A stretch of DNA of 64,000 nucleotides from an uncultured Desulfarculus sp. (GTDB taxonomy: Bacteria; Desulfobacterota; Desulfarculia; Desulfarculales; Desulfarculaceae), in the NCBI GenBank assembly GCA_963665125.2, contig CAXXUK010000001.1:544001-608000 (forward strand). The letters run 5' to 3'. The notes beneath the pieces are model-generated. The model did not search any database. It was not told the origin of the DNA and saw only the letters and a list, made by a program, of their open reading frames with translations. Every line of letters begins with the position of its first letter. Positions within the stretch are counted from its first letter, which is position 1. Below are positions 10,303 through 19,400 of this stretch, one piece after another. The position numbers and the translations under genes were made by a program.

Positions 10303-10956
10303 TCACTCCTGAATGGCGGGTTTGATTAAACTTTTTGCAAGACCCCTGAGAAGCGCCTGCAAGTGCTGGCGAGCCGGAGTCTGGATGTCGAAATTCGGAT
10401 CTAGCCAAGCCTGAAACAACAGGCCGTCCCAGGCCCCAAAAAATAATGATGCCATGGCCCGCGGCTCAAAGTCACCCCTGAACTCTCCCGATGCCTGGCC
10501 GCCGGCCAGGACCCGGCCCAGGAACTCGCAGTTGATTTTGTACACTGCGCCAAACCGGGTTTTAAGCTGGGATTTTTCGCGATCGGCTATGGCCGCCGCC
10601 CACAGCTCCATCGACAGGTTGAAAAGCTGCTTCATTTGGGAACGCATGGCCAGCATGCCTTCCAGGTATTCGATCATGGTTTGGCTTGCCGAGGCGTGCG
10701 GCTGGGCCTCGAACCATTCCAATGCGTCGGTTTGCTGTTTGATCAGCCAGAGGAGCACGGCCATGATCAGGTCGTCGCGGGTTGGAAAGTAGTTATACAG
10801 TGTGCCCTTGGCCCAGCCCAGCTTGGCCGCGACATGATCCATGGACGTGGCGGCAATGCCCCGCCGGGAGAATATTTCTGCCGCGGCGTCCACTATGGCC
10901 GCTTTTTTTTGGGCTATCTGCTTGTCGCTTTGGGCAGGGCGGGGCATGTCGTCCAC
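10303..10956 (-). CDS. TetR/AcrR family regulator
   Basis: IVDAAAEIFSRRG...TSMDHVAAKLGWAKGTLYNYF HTH. Confidence 0.92.
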   Translation of the reverse strand: MDDMPRPAQSDKQIAQKKAAIVDAAAEIFSRRGIAATSMDHVAAKLGWAKGTLYNYFPTRDDLIMAVLLWLIKQQTDALEWFEAQPHASASQTMIEYLEGMLAMRSQMKQLFNLSMELWAAAIADREKSQLKTRFGAVYKINCEFLGRVLAGGQASGEFRGDFEPRAMASLFFGAWDGLLFQAWLDPNFDIQTPARQHLQALLRGLAKSLIKPAIQE

Positions 10957-11018
10957 CTATAAAATGACGCCAAGGTCAATTTATAGGCAAAATAATATGA
11001 CGGTCAAGTCATTTTATT
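10956..11018. promoter_or_regulatory. Two tandem palindromic operators, likely bound by the adjacent TetR
   Basis: CCTATAAAATGAC-N6-GTCAATTTATAGG (10956-10987) and AATAATATGAC-N6-GTCATTTTATT (10991-11018), one mismatch each. Confidence 0.75.
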
Positions 11019-11034
11019 GTTGAGGGGCAAAGCT

Positions 11035-11736
11035 TCAGGAATCTCGGGAGAGCCGGGCGCGGGCCTTTCTGATCAACAACAGCACCACCGCGATCATCAC
11101 CGCGACCACCGCCACCAGGCTCCAGGGGACCCTGCCCTGTTCCAGACCGGTGAATACGGCATCAAATCCGGCCACATATAAAACCGTGCCCGGCAGCATG
11201 CACAGCCATGACCAGAATACATACTTGCCCAGGGAAACATGGGTCAGGCCCAGGCCGTAGTTGAGCAGATTGAAGGGAAACAAGGGCACCAGACGGGTAA
11301 TGGCCACGATGATGTCGCCGTGTTCAGCGGTCATTTTATCGAGCTTCCGGAATTTTTCATTGCCGCTGAGCCGGTTTTCTATGGCGCCCCTGGCGAAATA
11401 GCGGGCCACCAAAAAGGCCAGGGTGGCCCCGATGGTCGAACCCAGGCTGACGGCGACCACGCCCCAAACCGTGCCGAACAGGCCGGCGGCCAAAGCGCTC
11501 ATGGCCATTCCGGGCAGGGCCAGCACCGTGGCCATGGCATAGATGGCCACGAAAACGGCCAGCCCCCACCAGCCCATGGAGCCAATCCAATCCCGCAGCT
11601 GTTGGATATAGGCCCCGGCATCCAGATACCAGGCCAGAGCCATCACGGCCAGCACAAGGCCGATGAGCAGCATCGGTTTCCAGAGGCCGGTTTTGGACGG
11701 GGGCGCGTTCGGCACGTTGTTGTTGTCAACGGCCAT
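11035..11736 (-). CDS. TVP38/TMEM64 (DedA superfamily) membrane protein
   Basis: AAGLFG, GSTIGATLAFLVARY, RLVPLFPFNLLNYGLG, LPGT. Confidence 0.9.
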   Translation of the reverse strand: MAVDNNNVPNAPPSKTGLWKPMLLIGLVLAVMALAWYLDAGAYIQQLRDWIGSMGWWGLAVFVAIYAMATVLALPGMAMSALAAGLFGTVWGVVAVSLGSTIGATLAFLVARYFARGAIENRLSGNEKFRKLDKMTAEHGDIIVAITRLVPLFPFNLLNYGLGLTHVSLGKYVFWSWLCMLPGTVLYVAGFDAVFTGLEQGRVPWSLVAVVAVMIAVVLLLIRKARARLSRDS

Positions 11737-11762
11737 TGCCGCCCCCTTTTCCCGCACGTGGG

Positions 11763-12539
11763 CTATTCATCCAGTTGATCTTCGATGAGCCGGGGGCCCA
11801 GGGGGGAGCAGACGCCCACCTGGCAGTGGAACAACACCGGATGTTCCGCCTTGAGGTGCTCCATGTAGGTCAACCAGAGGTGGTTGAGTTTGATCAGGGC
11901 CTTGCCCACGTCCTTGGCAAGGTGCTGCATTTCGCCCTTGGTCATGTTTTGGTATATGCCCCGGAAGTGAATCTCCTCGATAAGATGCAATAGGGACAAT
12001 AACCCGTTGTAAAGATCTTCGAAATCCAGCACCAGGGGATTGCGGGTCATGGTCAGGATGTCGTTTTCATGAGTTTTGAGCATGTCCAGAATGCGCATCA
12101 GATTTTGTAGGTCGGCATTCATTTTGGGCTTGAAGGACATTAGCTGCGTTTTGGCCCTGTTGAAGTCCTTGTGGGTCCAGTCCTTGTGGACCAGGGTGAT
12201 GGCCTCCAGGTCCGGCCGGTTCGCGCAGACATTGTTGGCCAGGGCCAGGAACTCGGCCCCCAATTGCCTAAAGAAGATGCCCAGGAACATGTTGAGCTTT
12301 TTACGGCGGGACAGGTTCTCCCGAAAGGAGATCATGCCCTCGATGATGATGCCCAGGACCAGGGCGTGGATGGGCAAAAAGGCGATATGGGAAAAAATTT
12401 TTTCACCGTAATAACCGGCGTCATGATGCGAGCCGAATACGAGGAAATGGATGAAGTAGAGCACGCAGGACAGAGCTACGAGCCCGGCGGCAATCAGGGC
12501 TTTGTCGATTATTTCTCTGGAAAATGTGGGCTTGGGCAT
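11763..12539 (-). CDS. Hypothetical protein with two N-terminal TM helices
   Basis: Long ORF, two hydrophobic segments then a helical soluble region; start chosen at MPKPTF. Confidence 0.7.
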   Translation of the reverse strand: MPKPTFSREIIDKALIAAGLVALSCVLYFIHFLVFGSHHDAGYYGEKIFSHIAFLPIHALVLGIIIEGMISFRENLSRRKKLNMFLGIFFRQLGAEFLALANNVCANRPDLEAITLVHKDWTHKDFNRAKTQLMSFKPKMNADLQNLMRILDMLKTHENDILTMTRNPLVLDFEDLYNGLLSLLHLIEEIHFRGIYQNMTKGEMQHLAKDVGKALIKLNHLWLTYMEHLKAEHPVLFHCQVGVCSPLGPRLIEDQLDE

Positions 12540-12671
12540 TTGGCTCTTCCAAATTGTTTCACAATTGGTTAAGTGATAATGTAAAAACCCCTGATGGTAT
12601 TTGCAAGCTCGGTATGCGCCAGGGCCGCTGGAGCGTGTGATTTTTCCAAATTTAAAGCGGGAGTGCGTCGC

Positions 12672-13298
12672 ATGCAGGTTCAAATAGTGTTCTATAGCAT
12701 GTACGGCCATGTTTACCAACTGGCCAAGGCCGTTGCCAAGGGCGCGGGCCAGGTGCGTGGAGCCGAGGTCAAACTTTTACAGGTGCCCGAATTGGTCCCC
12801 CGCGAGGCCCTGGAACAGAGCGGGGCCCTGGCTGCGCGAAATGCCTTTGCCGACGTGCCGGTGGCCGAGCCTGCCATGCTGGCCGAGGCCGACGCCATCA
12901 TCTTCGGTACGCCCACCAGATTCGGCATGATGTGCTCCCAGATGCGCAATTTCCTGGACCGCACGTCCCAGCTTTGGGCCCGGGGCGCTTTGGTGGGCAA
13001 GGTGGGCAGTGTCTTCGCCAGCACCGGCACCCAGCACGGCGGCCAGGAGACCACCATCGTCAGCTTTCAAACCAGCCTGCTGCATCACGGCCTGGTAATC
13101 GTCGGCGTGCCCTACACCGAACCGGGCCTGCTGGAGATGGGCGAAATATCAGGCGGTACGCCCTACGGCGCAACGACCATCGCCGCCAACGACGGCTCGC
13201 GTCAGCCCAGCGCCAACGAACTGGCCATAGCTGAATTCCAGGGCCGCCATGTCGCCCGCATAGCTGCTGAACTCAAGCGGGGCAGGGGCGAACTTTAA
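12672..13298 (+). CDS. wrbA: NAD(P)H:quinone oxidoreductase WrbA
   Basis: [34 protein letters not shown]. Confidence 0.95.
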   Translation: MQVQIVFYSMYGHVYQLAKAVAKGAGQVRGAEVKLLQVPELVPREALEQSGALAARNAFADVPVAEPAMLAEADAIIFGTPTRFGMMCSQMRNFLDRTSQLWARGALVGKVGSVFASTGTQHGGQETTIVSFQTSLLHHGLVIVGVPYTEPGLLEMGEISGGTPYGATTIAANDGSRQPSANELAIAEFQGRHVARIAAELKRGRGEL

Positions 13299-13407
13299 AG
13301 GACCCCTTGCAATAATCGGTCTGTCCGTGCTTTCATCACTAATGCCCGGGTTATTCCGGGCAATGAAAACGGACTAGGTGTGACCACCCATGTCGCGGAG
13401 GACCGAT

Positions 13408-14466
13408 ATGAAAAAATTGCTTTGGGCTCTTTTGGGCATCTTGGTGATGATTGTTTTGTATTTCTTCGTTGCAGAGACGCCTTTGGACCCCCTTGCCTGG
13501 AACCCGCCGCCGAAACCGGCCATGACCGGCCCCCTGGCCCCGAACAACGCCCTTGAAAAAGCCGAAATTATAGCCGCCGGACAGGTCCAGGGGCCTGAAG
13601 ACGTGGCCGTGGCCGCCGATGGCTCCTTGTACACCGGCTGTTCAGACGGCACGGTGCGCAAGATCGCGCCGGACGGCAAGGTCAGCGTTTTTGCCAAGAC
13701 CGAAGGCAGACCGCTGGGACTACAGTTTGACGGATCGGGCAACTTGATCGTCTGTGATGCCTACAAGGGCCTGCTCAAGATAAGCCCGGACGGCGTAATT
13801 GAAGTCCTGAGCACTGAAAATGGCGGCGTGCCGTTCAAGTTCACCGATGATTTGGATATTGCCAAGGATGGTAAAATCTATTTCACCGATGCCAGCAACC
13901 GTTATGGCCCGGATCAACTGCTCTATGACCTGTTCGACCACAGGCCCAACGGCAGGTTGCTGTGCTATGACCCGGCCACAAAAGAGACCAAGTTGCTATT
14001 GGATAAGCTGTATTTTGCCAACGGCGTGGCCCTGTCGCCCGATGAAAGCTTCGTACTGGTCAACGAGACCTATGCCTACCGCATCACCCGCTTGTGGCTC
14101 ACGGGCCCCAAGGCCAGTCAGCATGATGTGTTTGCCGACAACCTGCCCGGCTTCCCGGACAACATCTCCCGGGGCTCCAAGAACTACTGGGTGGCCATGT
14201 ACACGGTGCGTAACGATTCGGCTGACAAGATGCACCCCTATCCGTGGCTGAAAAAACAGGTCTCCAAGCTGCCGCACTTTATGTGGCCCAAGCCCGAGCC
14301 TTACGGCTTTATCCTGGCCGTCGATGACGATGGCAAGATCACCGCCAGCTACCAGGACCCCACGGGCAAGCATCTGACAACCATCACCAGCGTCAACGAG
14401 CATGACGGGTGCCTCTATTTGGGCAGCCTGATCAACGACCGCATCGGCAAGTACTGTTTGAAATAG
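13408..14466 (+). CDS. Strictosidine synthase/SMP-30 family (APMAP-like) beta-propeller
   Basis: N-terminal anchor, GPED, GRPLG, IYFTDAS, LYFANGVALS, NLPGFPDNI; GGAGGA RBS. Confidence 0.9.
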   Translation: MKKLLWALLGILVMIVLYFFVAETPLDPLAWNPPPKPAMTGPLAPNNALEKAEIIAAGQVQGPEDVAVAADGSLYTGCSDGTVRKIAPDGKVSVFAKTEGRPLGLQFDGSGNLIVCDAYKGLLKISPDGVIEVLSTENGGVPFKFTDDLDIAKDGKIYFTDASNRYGPDQLLYDLFDHRPNGRLLCYDPATKETKLLLDKLYFANGVALSPDESFVLVNETYAYRITRLWLTGPKASQHDVFADNLPGFPDNISRGSKNYWVAMYTVRNDSADKMHPYPWLKKQVSKLPHFMWPKPEPYGFILAVDDDGKITASYQDPTGKHLTTITSVNEHDGCLYLGSLINDRIGKYCLK

Positions 14467-14479
14467 TCAACAGGGCTAC

Positions 14480-15133
14480 GTGGGCATGGATCAGCGACTG
14501 TTAAAACTCACCGGGATCTGGTTTGCCGTGGCGGCGGCGGCCGTGGCCGTGCTGTTCAATTTCATCGACCAGCCGGTGGATATCGCGGCCCATAAGCTCA
14601 GCGGCACCGCCTGGTTCGAGGCCGGCCAGACAATCAGCCTGCTGGCCGACCACAGCCTGTTCAACGTGCTGCTGTTTTTCGGCTATGTCATCGGCGGCGT
14701 GGCGGCCCTGTGGCGGGGCCCGGACGGCTGGGTGCGCAATCTTTTGTATTGTTGCCTGGCCGTGACTATCGCCATGTTCATCGGCGAGACGCTCAAATGG
14801 TTTTTCGGCCGCTTTCGCCCGGTGATGCTTTTTGAACAGGGCCTGTACGGCTTTTCCTGGTTCGCCGACAAGGGCAGCATGCATTCGTTTCCCTCGGGCC
14901 ACAACATGCGCATCTTTTCGCTGATGACAGCCCTGTCGTTTGTCTGGCCCAAGGCCCGCATTCCGCTCATCAGTCTGGCCTGTGTTGTCGGGGCCAGCCG
15001 GGTGCTGGTGACTCGGCATTATCCCAGCGATGTCATCGCCGGGGCCTTCGTGGGCATCATAGTCGCCGTGTGGGTCTGGCGGATCATGCAGGGCGGGCGG
15101 CAAGAAATTGTTAGAGGCGGCCAGGGTGATTAG
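14480..15133 (+). CDS. PAP2 superfamily membrane phosphatase
   Basis: KWFFGRFRP, SFPSGH, SRVLVTRHYPSDV. Confidence 0.92.
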   Translation: MGMDQRLLKLTGIWFAVAAAAVAVLFNFIDQPVDIAAHKLSGTAWFEAGQTISLLADHSLFNVLLFFGYVIGGVAALWRGPDGWVRNLLYCCLAVTIAMFIGETLKWFFGRFRPVMLFEQGLYGFSWFADKGSMHSFPSGHNMRIFSLMTALSFVWPKARIPLISLACVVGASRVLVTRHYPSDVIAGAFVGIIVAVWVWRIMQGGRQEIVRGGQGD

Positions 15134-15209
15134 GCCCCGGAGCATGGCGGAAGGTTTAATTCGGACGGAGTGGAGTTGATCGGGGCGCCATCAAAAAGGG
15201 GGTTGGGCC

Positions 15210-15764
15210 ATGCTCAGAAAAGTCGGGGTTTTTATTGCGTTGATATCAGTTGGTTTTGTTTTGCAGGCCCGGCCCGGCTCGGCCGACCAAAATGACGGAG
15301 GGGTCAAAGGCGCGGATACTGGACAAAACATTGAGTCCGCGCCGTTGATCAGCGACGAGGAAAAGGCGAAAATTGAGCAATGCAAGCGGGCCAATGGGGA
15401 GATTTGCGAAAGGGATTACGCCAAGTGCAAGGAGGAAGCCTCGCGGCCGCAATCCGGAGGTTACGCAGACTGCTTTCAGCAAAAAATGGATTGCCTCAAC
15501 GGGTGCAGGGATGGTCACAAGGCCTGCAAAAAAGCATGTGAACAACACTATAAATCCGGATGCTACAAGGATTGCACCAGTCAAAAAACCGGCTGCTTGG
15601 ACAAGTGCGAGGAACAGGGGGACAGATGCACCCGCAATGCCCTGGCCGAGCCCCCGCAAAGCGCGCCTTCGGTGGATTGCGAACAAAGACGGCAGGAATG
15701 CCTGAAGATGGTTGATGGCCTGTGCAACCAGGACCGGCCCAACATGCAGTTGCCCGGCGATTAG
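15210..15764 (+). CDS. Secreted 16-cysteine hypothetical protein
   Basis: Signal peptide; 16 Cys with mirror-symmetric spacing; no CXXCH. Confidence 0.75.
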   Translation: MLRKVGVFIALISVGFVLQARPGSADQNDGGVKGADTGQNIESAPLISDEEKAKIEQCKRANGEICERDYAKCKEEASRPQSGGYADCFQQKMDCLNGCRDGHKACKKACEQHYKSGCYKDCTSQKTGCLDKCEEQGDRCTRNALAEPPQSAPSVDCEQRRQECLKMVDGLCNQDRPNMQLPGD

Positions 15765-15902
15765 CCGCCGCGGCTAGAACATCGCATGTGCTGTGACGGT
15801 AATTACCTGACACATGGAGCCAAATGAAGAGGTGGCCATGCCGCCTCCTACCGGGTTAGAAGAAGTGTTGCGAAGCACTTCGAACCCAAGGAGGTAAAGG
15901 AC

Positions 15903-16094
15903 ATGACCACCGAGAAGAAAGTAGCACGCAGGAAGCTGAGTTTACTAGAGTTGGCGTCTGATTTGAAGAACGTCAGCCGGGCCTGCAAGATCATGGGCTA
16001 TACCCGCCAGCAATTCTATGAGATCAGGCGCAACTACCAGACATTTGGCGCGGATGGGCTGATTGATCGGCTTCCCGGCCCTAAAGGGCCACAC
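15903..16094 (+). pseudogene. IS481-family transposase, N-terminal fragment
   Basis: RRKLSLLELASDLKNVSRACKIMGYTRQQFYEIRR...GPKGPH resembles the N-terminus of the intact transposase at 17759; no DDE domain follows. Confidence 0.85.
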
Positions 16095-16249
16095 TGCGCA
16101 AGACCTTCGGCTACATGCAACGAACCAAGTACGGTGTGGCATGGGAAGTCCTGGCCAAGCGCTACAACCACAGTTCGCCCAGAACCACCATGCGCTACCT
16201 GGGCATAAACGATGATGAGGTCAATGGGATATTGCTGAATGAGATATGA
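16091..16249 (+). pseudogene. Tyrosine recombinase/integrase C-terminal remnant
   Basis: Hand translation in another frame: TLRKTFGYMQRTKYGVAWEVLAKRYNHSSPRTTMRYLGI...; matches the (H)xLR...H...T..Y box II. Confidence 0.8.
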
Positions 16250-16362
16250 ATATGGGCTGAACTTCCGATCTGCCCTGATCGTTGACATCCGGGGCGGTTC
16301 AGGCATATGTAGGAGTACTGAGACTTAACCGGATATCCTGTAGAGTGCGCCAGGGCAGGACT

Positions 16363-17625
16363 ATGAGCAAGATCAAGTTAGGTGTTGCGATTGCAATTTT
16401 GCTATTTGCTGGGGTCATTGTTGTCAGTCAATTGTATGACATTCCATTGTTAACGAAGAAGCAGCTGCCACAATCATTTGAAGTAATTTGGGAAAAGGAT
16501 TTTTATAGCGAAGTTCTCGGACAATTCGCTGCTATCGTCGCCTTGCCAGAAGGTGGTGTCATTTTTGCCAGGACAAAGCCAAACGGTAAAGGTATTTCGG
16601 TGCCATTTATTGTCCGTGTGGACCAGGACGGAAATGAACTATGGAGAACCACGTTCGAAGACAAGTATACAATAAACGATTTGTCTGTTCTTAAATTAAT
16701 GCCAAATAATTCAATTATGCTTGTGTGCGATAAAAAAATCGAAAATCCTGACAGAGTAATTCCATATATCCTAATATTTGGAAAAGACGGCAAACTGTTA
16801 GAGCAAGTAGTGGTTCCTGTAAATAAGGACAAAGCCTCAATTGTTGATTGTGATTTAATTGACGATGATACTCTCTATTTTGTAGGGTGTAAGTATCCCT
16901 ATGACGAGTCAACCAAGAAAGTTAGTACAGTTTCGAACGGTTGGTTTGGCAAGTTAAAATTGAAAAAAGGGATGCAAATAGAAAAATCTTTTGAACGATA
17001 CAACGATAGTTATTTTTGCGACATGGTGAGGTTCAAATTTAATTATGCTCTCACCGGCATATCAACTGATAATCAGAATAAAAGACAAAATATAATTCTT
17101 ATGTTAGACATGTACGGCAAAATTATCTGGGATTTTAAGTCCGAAAATACAGAAGTTCTAGTAGGCAATAGGGCGTGTAGCCTCCAAGATAATATTATTA
17201 TTACTGTAATGACTAAAACGTTCGGAACTTCGCTTTTAAATTTAAACAGTGAAGCAGTCTGCTATTCCTTAGATTCGAAAGGGAACATGCTTTCAAAATC
17301 GTATATTCCAAAATATTATCTCGGGATAAATAAACGAATATACGTAATTGTCAATTCGGTATTAGGTAGCCACCGTCAACGCAATGCTTTTTTTGTAGTA
17401 GGGTTACAAATTGACCTGAATAATAAGCAGGCTATGAGCTTTTTATATAAGTTGACCAGCAAGTCAGAAGTGCTTGCTGAATTTTTCTATGACATTGAAT
17501 CAACTTTTTCATTTGATGATATAGTTTCAGATACTTTTGGTGACTACTACCTCCTCGCAAGATCTATGGATTTATCAAAAAATAATCCAGCACAGACGAG
17601 GTTAATTAAGCTAAGAATCAACTAG
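16363..17625 (+). CDS. Low-GC hypothetical exported/membrane-anchored protein, possibly beta-propeller
   Basis: N-terminal hydrophobic helix; repeated D..G..(I/L)W motifs (VDQDGNELW, LDMYGKIIW, LDSKGNML); strongly AT-rich. Confidence 0.75.
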   Translation: MSKIKLGVAIAILLFAGVIVVSQLYDIPLLTKKQLPQSFEVIWEKDFYSEVLGQFAAIVALPEGGVIFARTKPNGKGISVPFIVRVDQDGNELWRTTFEDKYTINDLSVLKLMPNNSIMLVCDKKIENPDRVIPYILIFGKDGKLLEQVVVPVNKDKASIVDCDLIDDDTLYFVGCKYPYDESTKKVSTVSNGWFGKLKLKKGMQIEKSFERYNDSYFCDMVRFKFNYALTGISTDNQNKRQNIILMLDMYGKIIWDFKSENTEVLVGNRACSLQDNIIITVMTKTFGTSLLNLNSEAVCYSLDSKGNMLSKSYIPKYYLGINKRIYVIVNSVLGSHRQRNAFFVVGLQIDLNNKQAMSFLYKLTSKSEVLAEFFYDIESTFSFDDIVSDTFGDYYLLARSMDLSKNNPAQTRLIKLRIN

Positions 17626-17647
17626 ACATAAGTATTTATAATTAATC

Positions 17648-18870
17648 TGTCCTAGTCGAGAAAAGCGTTGACAGGTCAAGGTCCTAGCTGAAGGAGCCAT
17701 GGCCTTCCGGTTAAGATGGTTCAAACCAAAAGAAGCATCTTAATTGAAAGGAAGGACCATGACTCAATCGCAGTATATCATCAACCGCAAGCTCAATATC
17801 CTGGAGTTGGGCCAAACTCTGGGAAACATCTCCGAGGCCTGCCGCAAACTTGGCATCAGCCGCCAGCACTATTACGACATCAAGCAAGCTATTGATGAGG
17901 AAGGTCTGGAAGGGCTCTTGGAGAAGAGTCGTCGCGTGCCCAGGATCGGCAACCGTGTGGCCCTCGAGATAGAGCAGAAAGTGCTGGATTATTCTTTACA
18001 GTTTCCCACTCACGGCCAGACCAGAGTGGCCAACGAACTGAAGAAAATCGGTATCCAGGTCAGCGCCGGAGGCATTCGCAGCATCTGGCTACGGCATGAT
18101 CTGACGCTCAAGGCACAGCGCTTGAAGCGACTGGAGAAATGGGCGGCGGAAAACACTGAGGTGCTCACCGAATCCCAGGTCCAGGCCCTGGAGAATGCCA
18201 AGCAGGAAAAAGAGGCCCACGGTGAGGTGGAAAGCCCGCATCCAGGCTTTCTGGTGGCCCAGGACACCTGCTATGTGGGCATTATCAAGGGCATAGGCCG
18301 CATCTACCAGCAAACGGCCATCGACACCCACGGCAGCCATGGTTTTGCCAAGGTTTATCGTGAAAAGACGGCCCTGACCGCCGCCGACCTGCTCAACGAC
18401 AGGGTGCTGCCCTTTTACGACCACCACGGCATCAGGGTGCACCGGGTGCTCACCGACAATGGCCCGGAGCTGTGCGGTCGTCAGGACAGCCACCCCTACG
18501 AGCTATTTCTGCACCTAAACGACATCGAGCACACCAGAACCAAGGTGCGCCATCCCCAGACCAATGGCGCGGTGGAGCGGCTTCACCAGACCATCCAGAA
18601 TGAATTCTATGAGGTGGCCTTCCGGAAAAAGCTGTACCGCACGCTGGATGAAATCCAGGCCGACCTGGACGCTTTCATGACCTACTACAACACCGAACGG
18701 ACCCATCAGGGCCGCTATTGCCAGGGGCGCACCCCTTTTCAGACCTTTACCGACGGCCTGGAACTGTATCAAAAGCATGTCCATGAAGGGATAGAAATCG
18801 AGGACGCAGCGTAGTAACCTAAACCATCTGCCGGAAGGCCAAACTGTCAACGCAATTAGTGACTAGGACA
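17648..18870 (+). mobile_element. Intact IS481-family insertion sequence
   Basis: IRs TGTCCTAGTC-N7-GCGTTGACAG at 17648 and inverted at 18844-18870; TGT...ACA ends; no flanking direct repeat. Confidence 0.92.
17759..18814 (+). CDS. IS481-family transposase
   Basis: HTH N-terminus, QDTCYVG, LTDNGPE, HPQTNGAVER, YNTERTHQG. Confidence 0.95.
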   Translation: MTQSQYIINRKLNILELGQTLGNISEACRKLGISRQHYYDIKQAIDEEGLEGLLEKSRRVPRIGNRVALEIEQKVLDYSLQFPTHGQTRVANELKKIGIQVSAGGIRSIWLRHDLTLKAQRLKRLEKWAAENTEVLTESQVQALENAKQEKEAHGEVESPHPGFLVAQDTCYVGIIKGIGRIYQQTAIDTHGSHGFAKVYREKTALTAADLLNDRVLPFYDHHGIRVHRVLTDNGPELCGRQDSHPYELFLHLNDIEHTRTKVRHPQTNGAVERLHQTIQNEFYEVAFRKKLYRTLDEIQADLDAFMTYYNTERTHQGRYCQGRTPFQTFTDGLELYQKHVHEGIEIEDAA

Positions 18871-18927
18871 TGTCAGGTCAATACCATCACTGTACACATC
18901 GCAACGACTTGTTACGCTTAACTATTT

Positions 18928-18956
18928 AGGGCGGCTACCACATCGGCGGCCGCCCT
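18928..18956 (-). terminator. Hairpin T2 ending sub-array B
   Basis: AGGGCGGC...GCCGCCCT; paralogous to hairpins at 20831 and 26340; U-tract weak. Confidence 0.6.
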
Positions 18957-18984
18957 GTATCTTTTTTCAGCCTTTGAATGCCTA

Positions 18985-19347
18985 TTAGTAATCTGACAGG
19001 TAAGTAGTGCTCTTTATGCTGCCGTCCTCGCGCTTGTTTACGACTTCCCAGCGATTGTTTTGCTTTTTGCGGACAACGAGCCATCCGTGTTTATCGACGG
19101 TTTGTTTTGTCGGGGTGCTAATCTGGTGTGCGCGTTCCGCGTCCAACAGGTAGAAATTTGCTTCAACGCTGTCGCCGGGTCTACATTCTTTGTTTGAAGG
19201 GGCAACAACAAAGTCCCAATGGAGAAAGCCCTGCTGTACCTGCAGCGGATGCGTAGTATAGTTGTAAATGCAACAGGCCTGGCTGGATCCGGCCATGGCT
19301 ATTGAAGCCGCGCAAATTAATAGAATTGTATAAAGCAACCTCTTCAT
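18985..19347 (-). CDS. CCIYN-family exported protein, copy 1
   Basis: MKRLLYTILL...SQACCIYNY; body closest to copy 5. Confidence 0.9.
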   Translation of the reverse strand: MKRLLYTILLICAASIAMAGSSQACCIYNYTTHPLQVQQGFLHWDFVVAPSNKECRPGDSVEANFYLLDAERAHQISTPTKQTVDKHGWLVVRKKQNNRWEVVNKREDGSIKSTTYLSDY

Positions 19348-19400
19348 TTTCCCCTCGCCATAGTTATGGGTAATATCCAAAAAATAATGCTAGGTAAAAT

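Larger units (their letters stand above)
15787..18896. mobile_element. IS481-derived element with passenger DNA; 26-bp terminal IRs and 7-bp target duplication
   Basis: Left TGTGCTGTGACGGTAATTACCTGACA vs reverse complement of 18871-18896 TGTACAGTGATGGTATTGACCTGACA (21/26); CATCGCA at 15780-15786 and 18897-18903. Confidence 0.85.

Noticed and set aside
15903..16208. 101-aa ORF as an intact gene
   Set aside because: Only the first ~64 codons are transposase; the rest is out-of-frame read-through into the integrase remnant.
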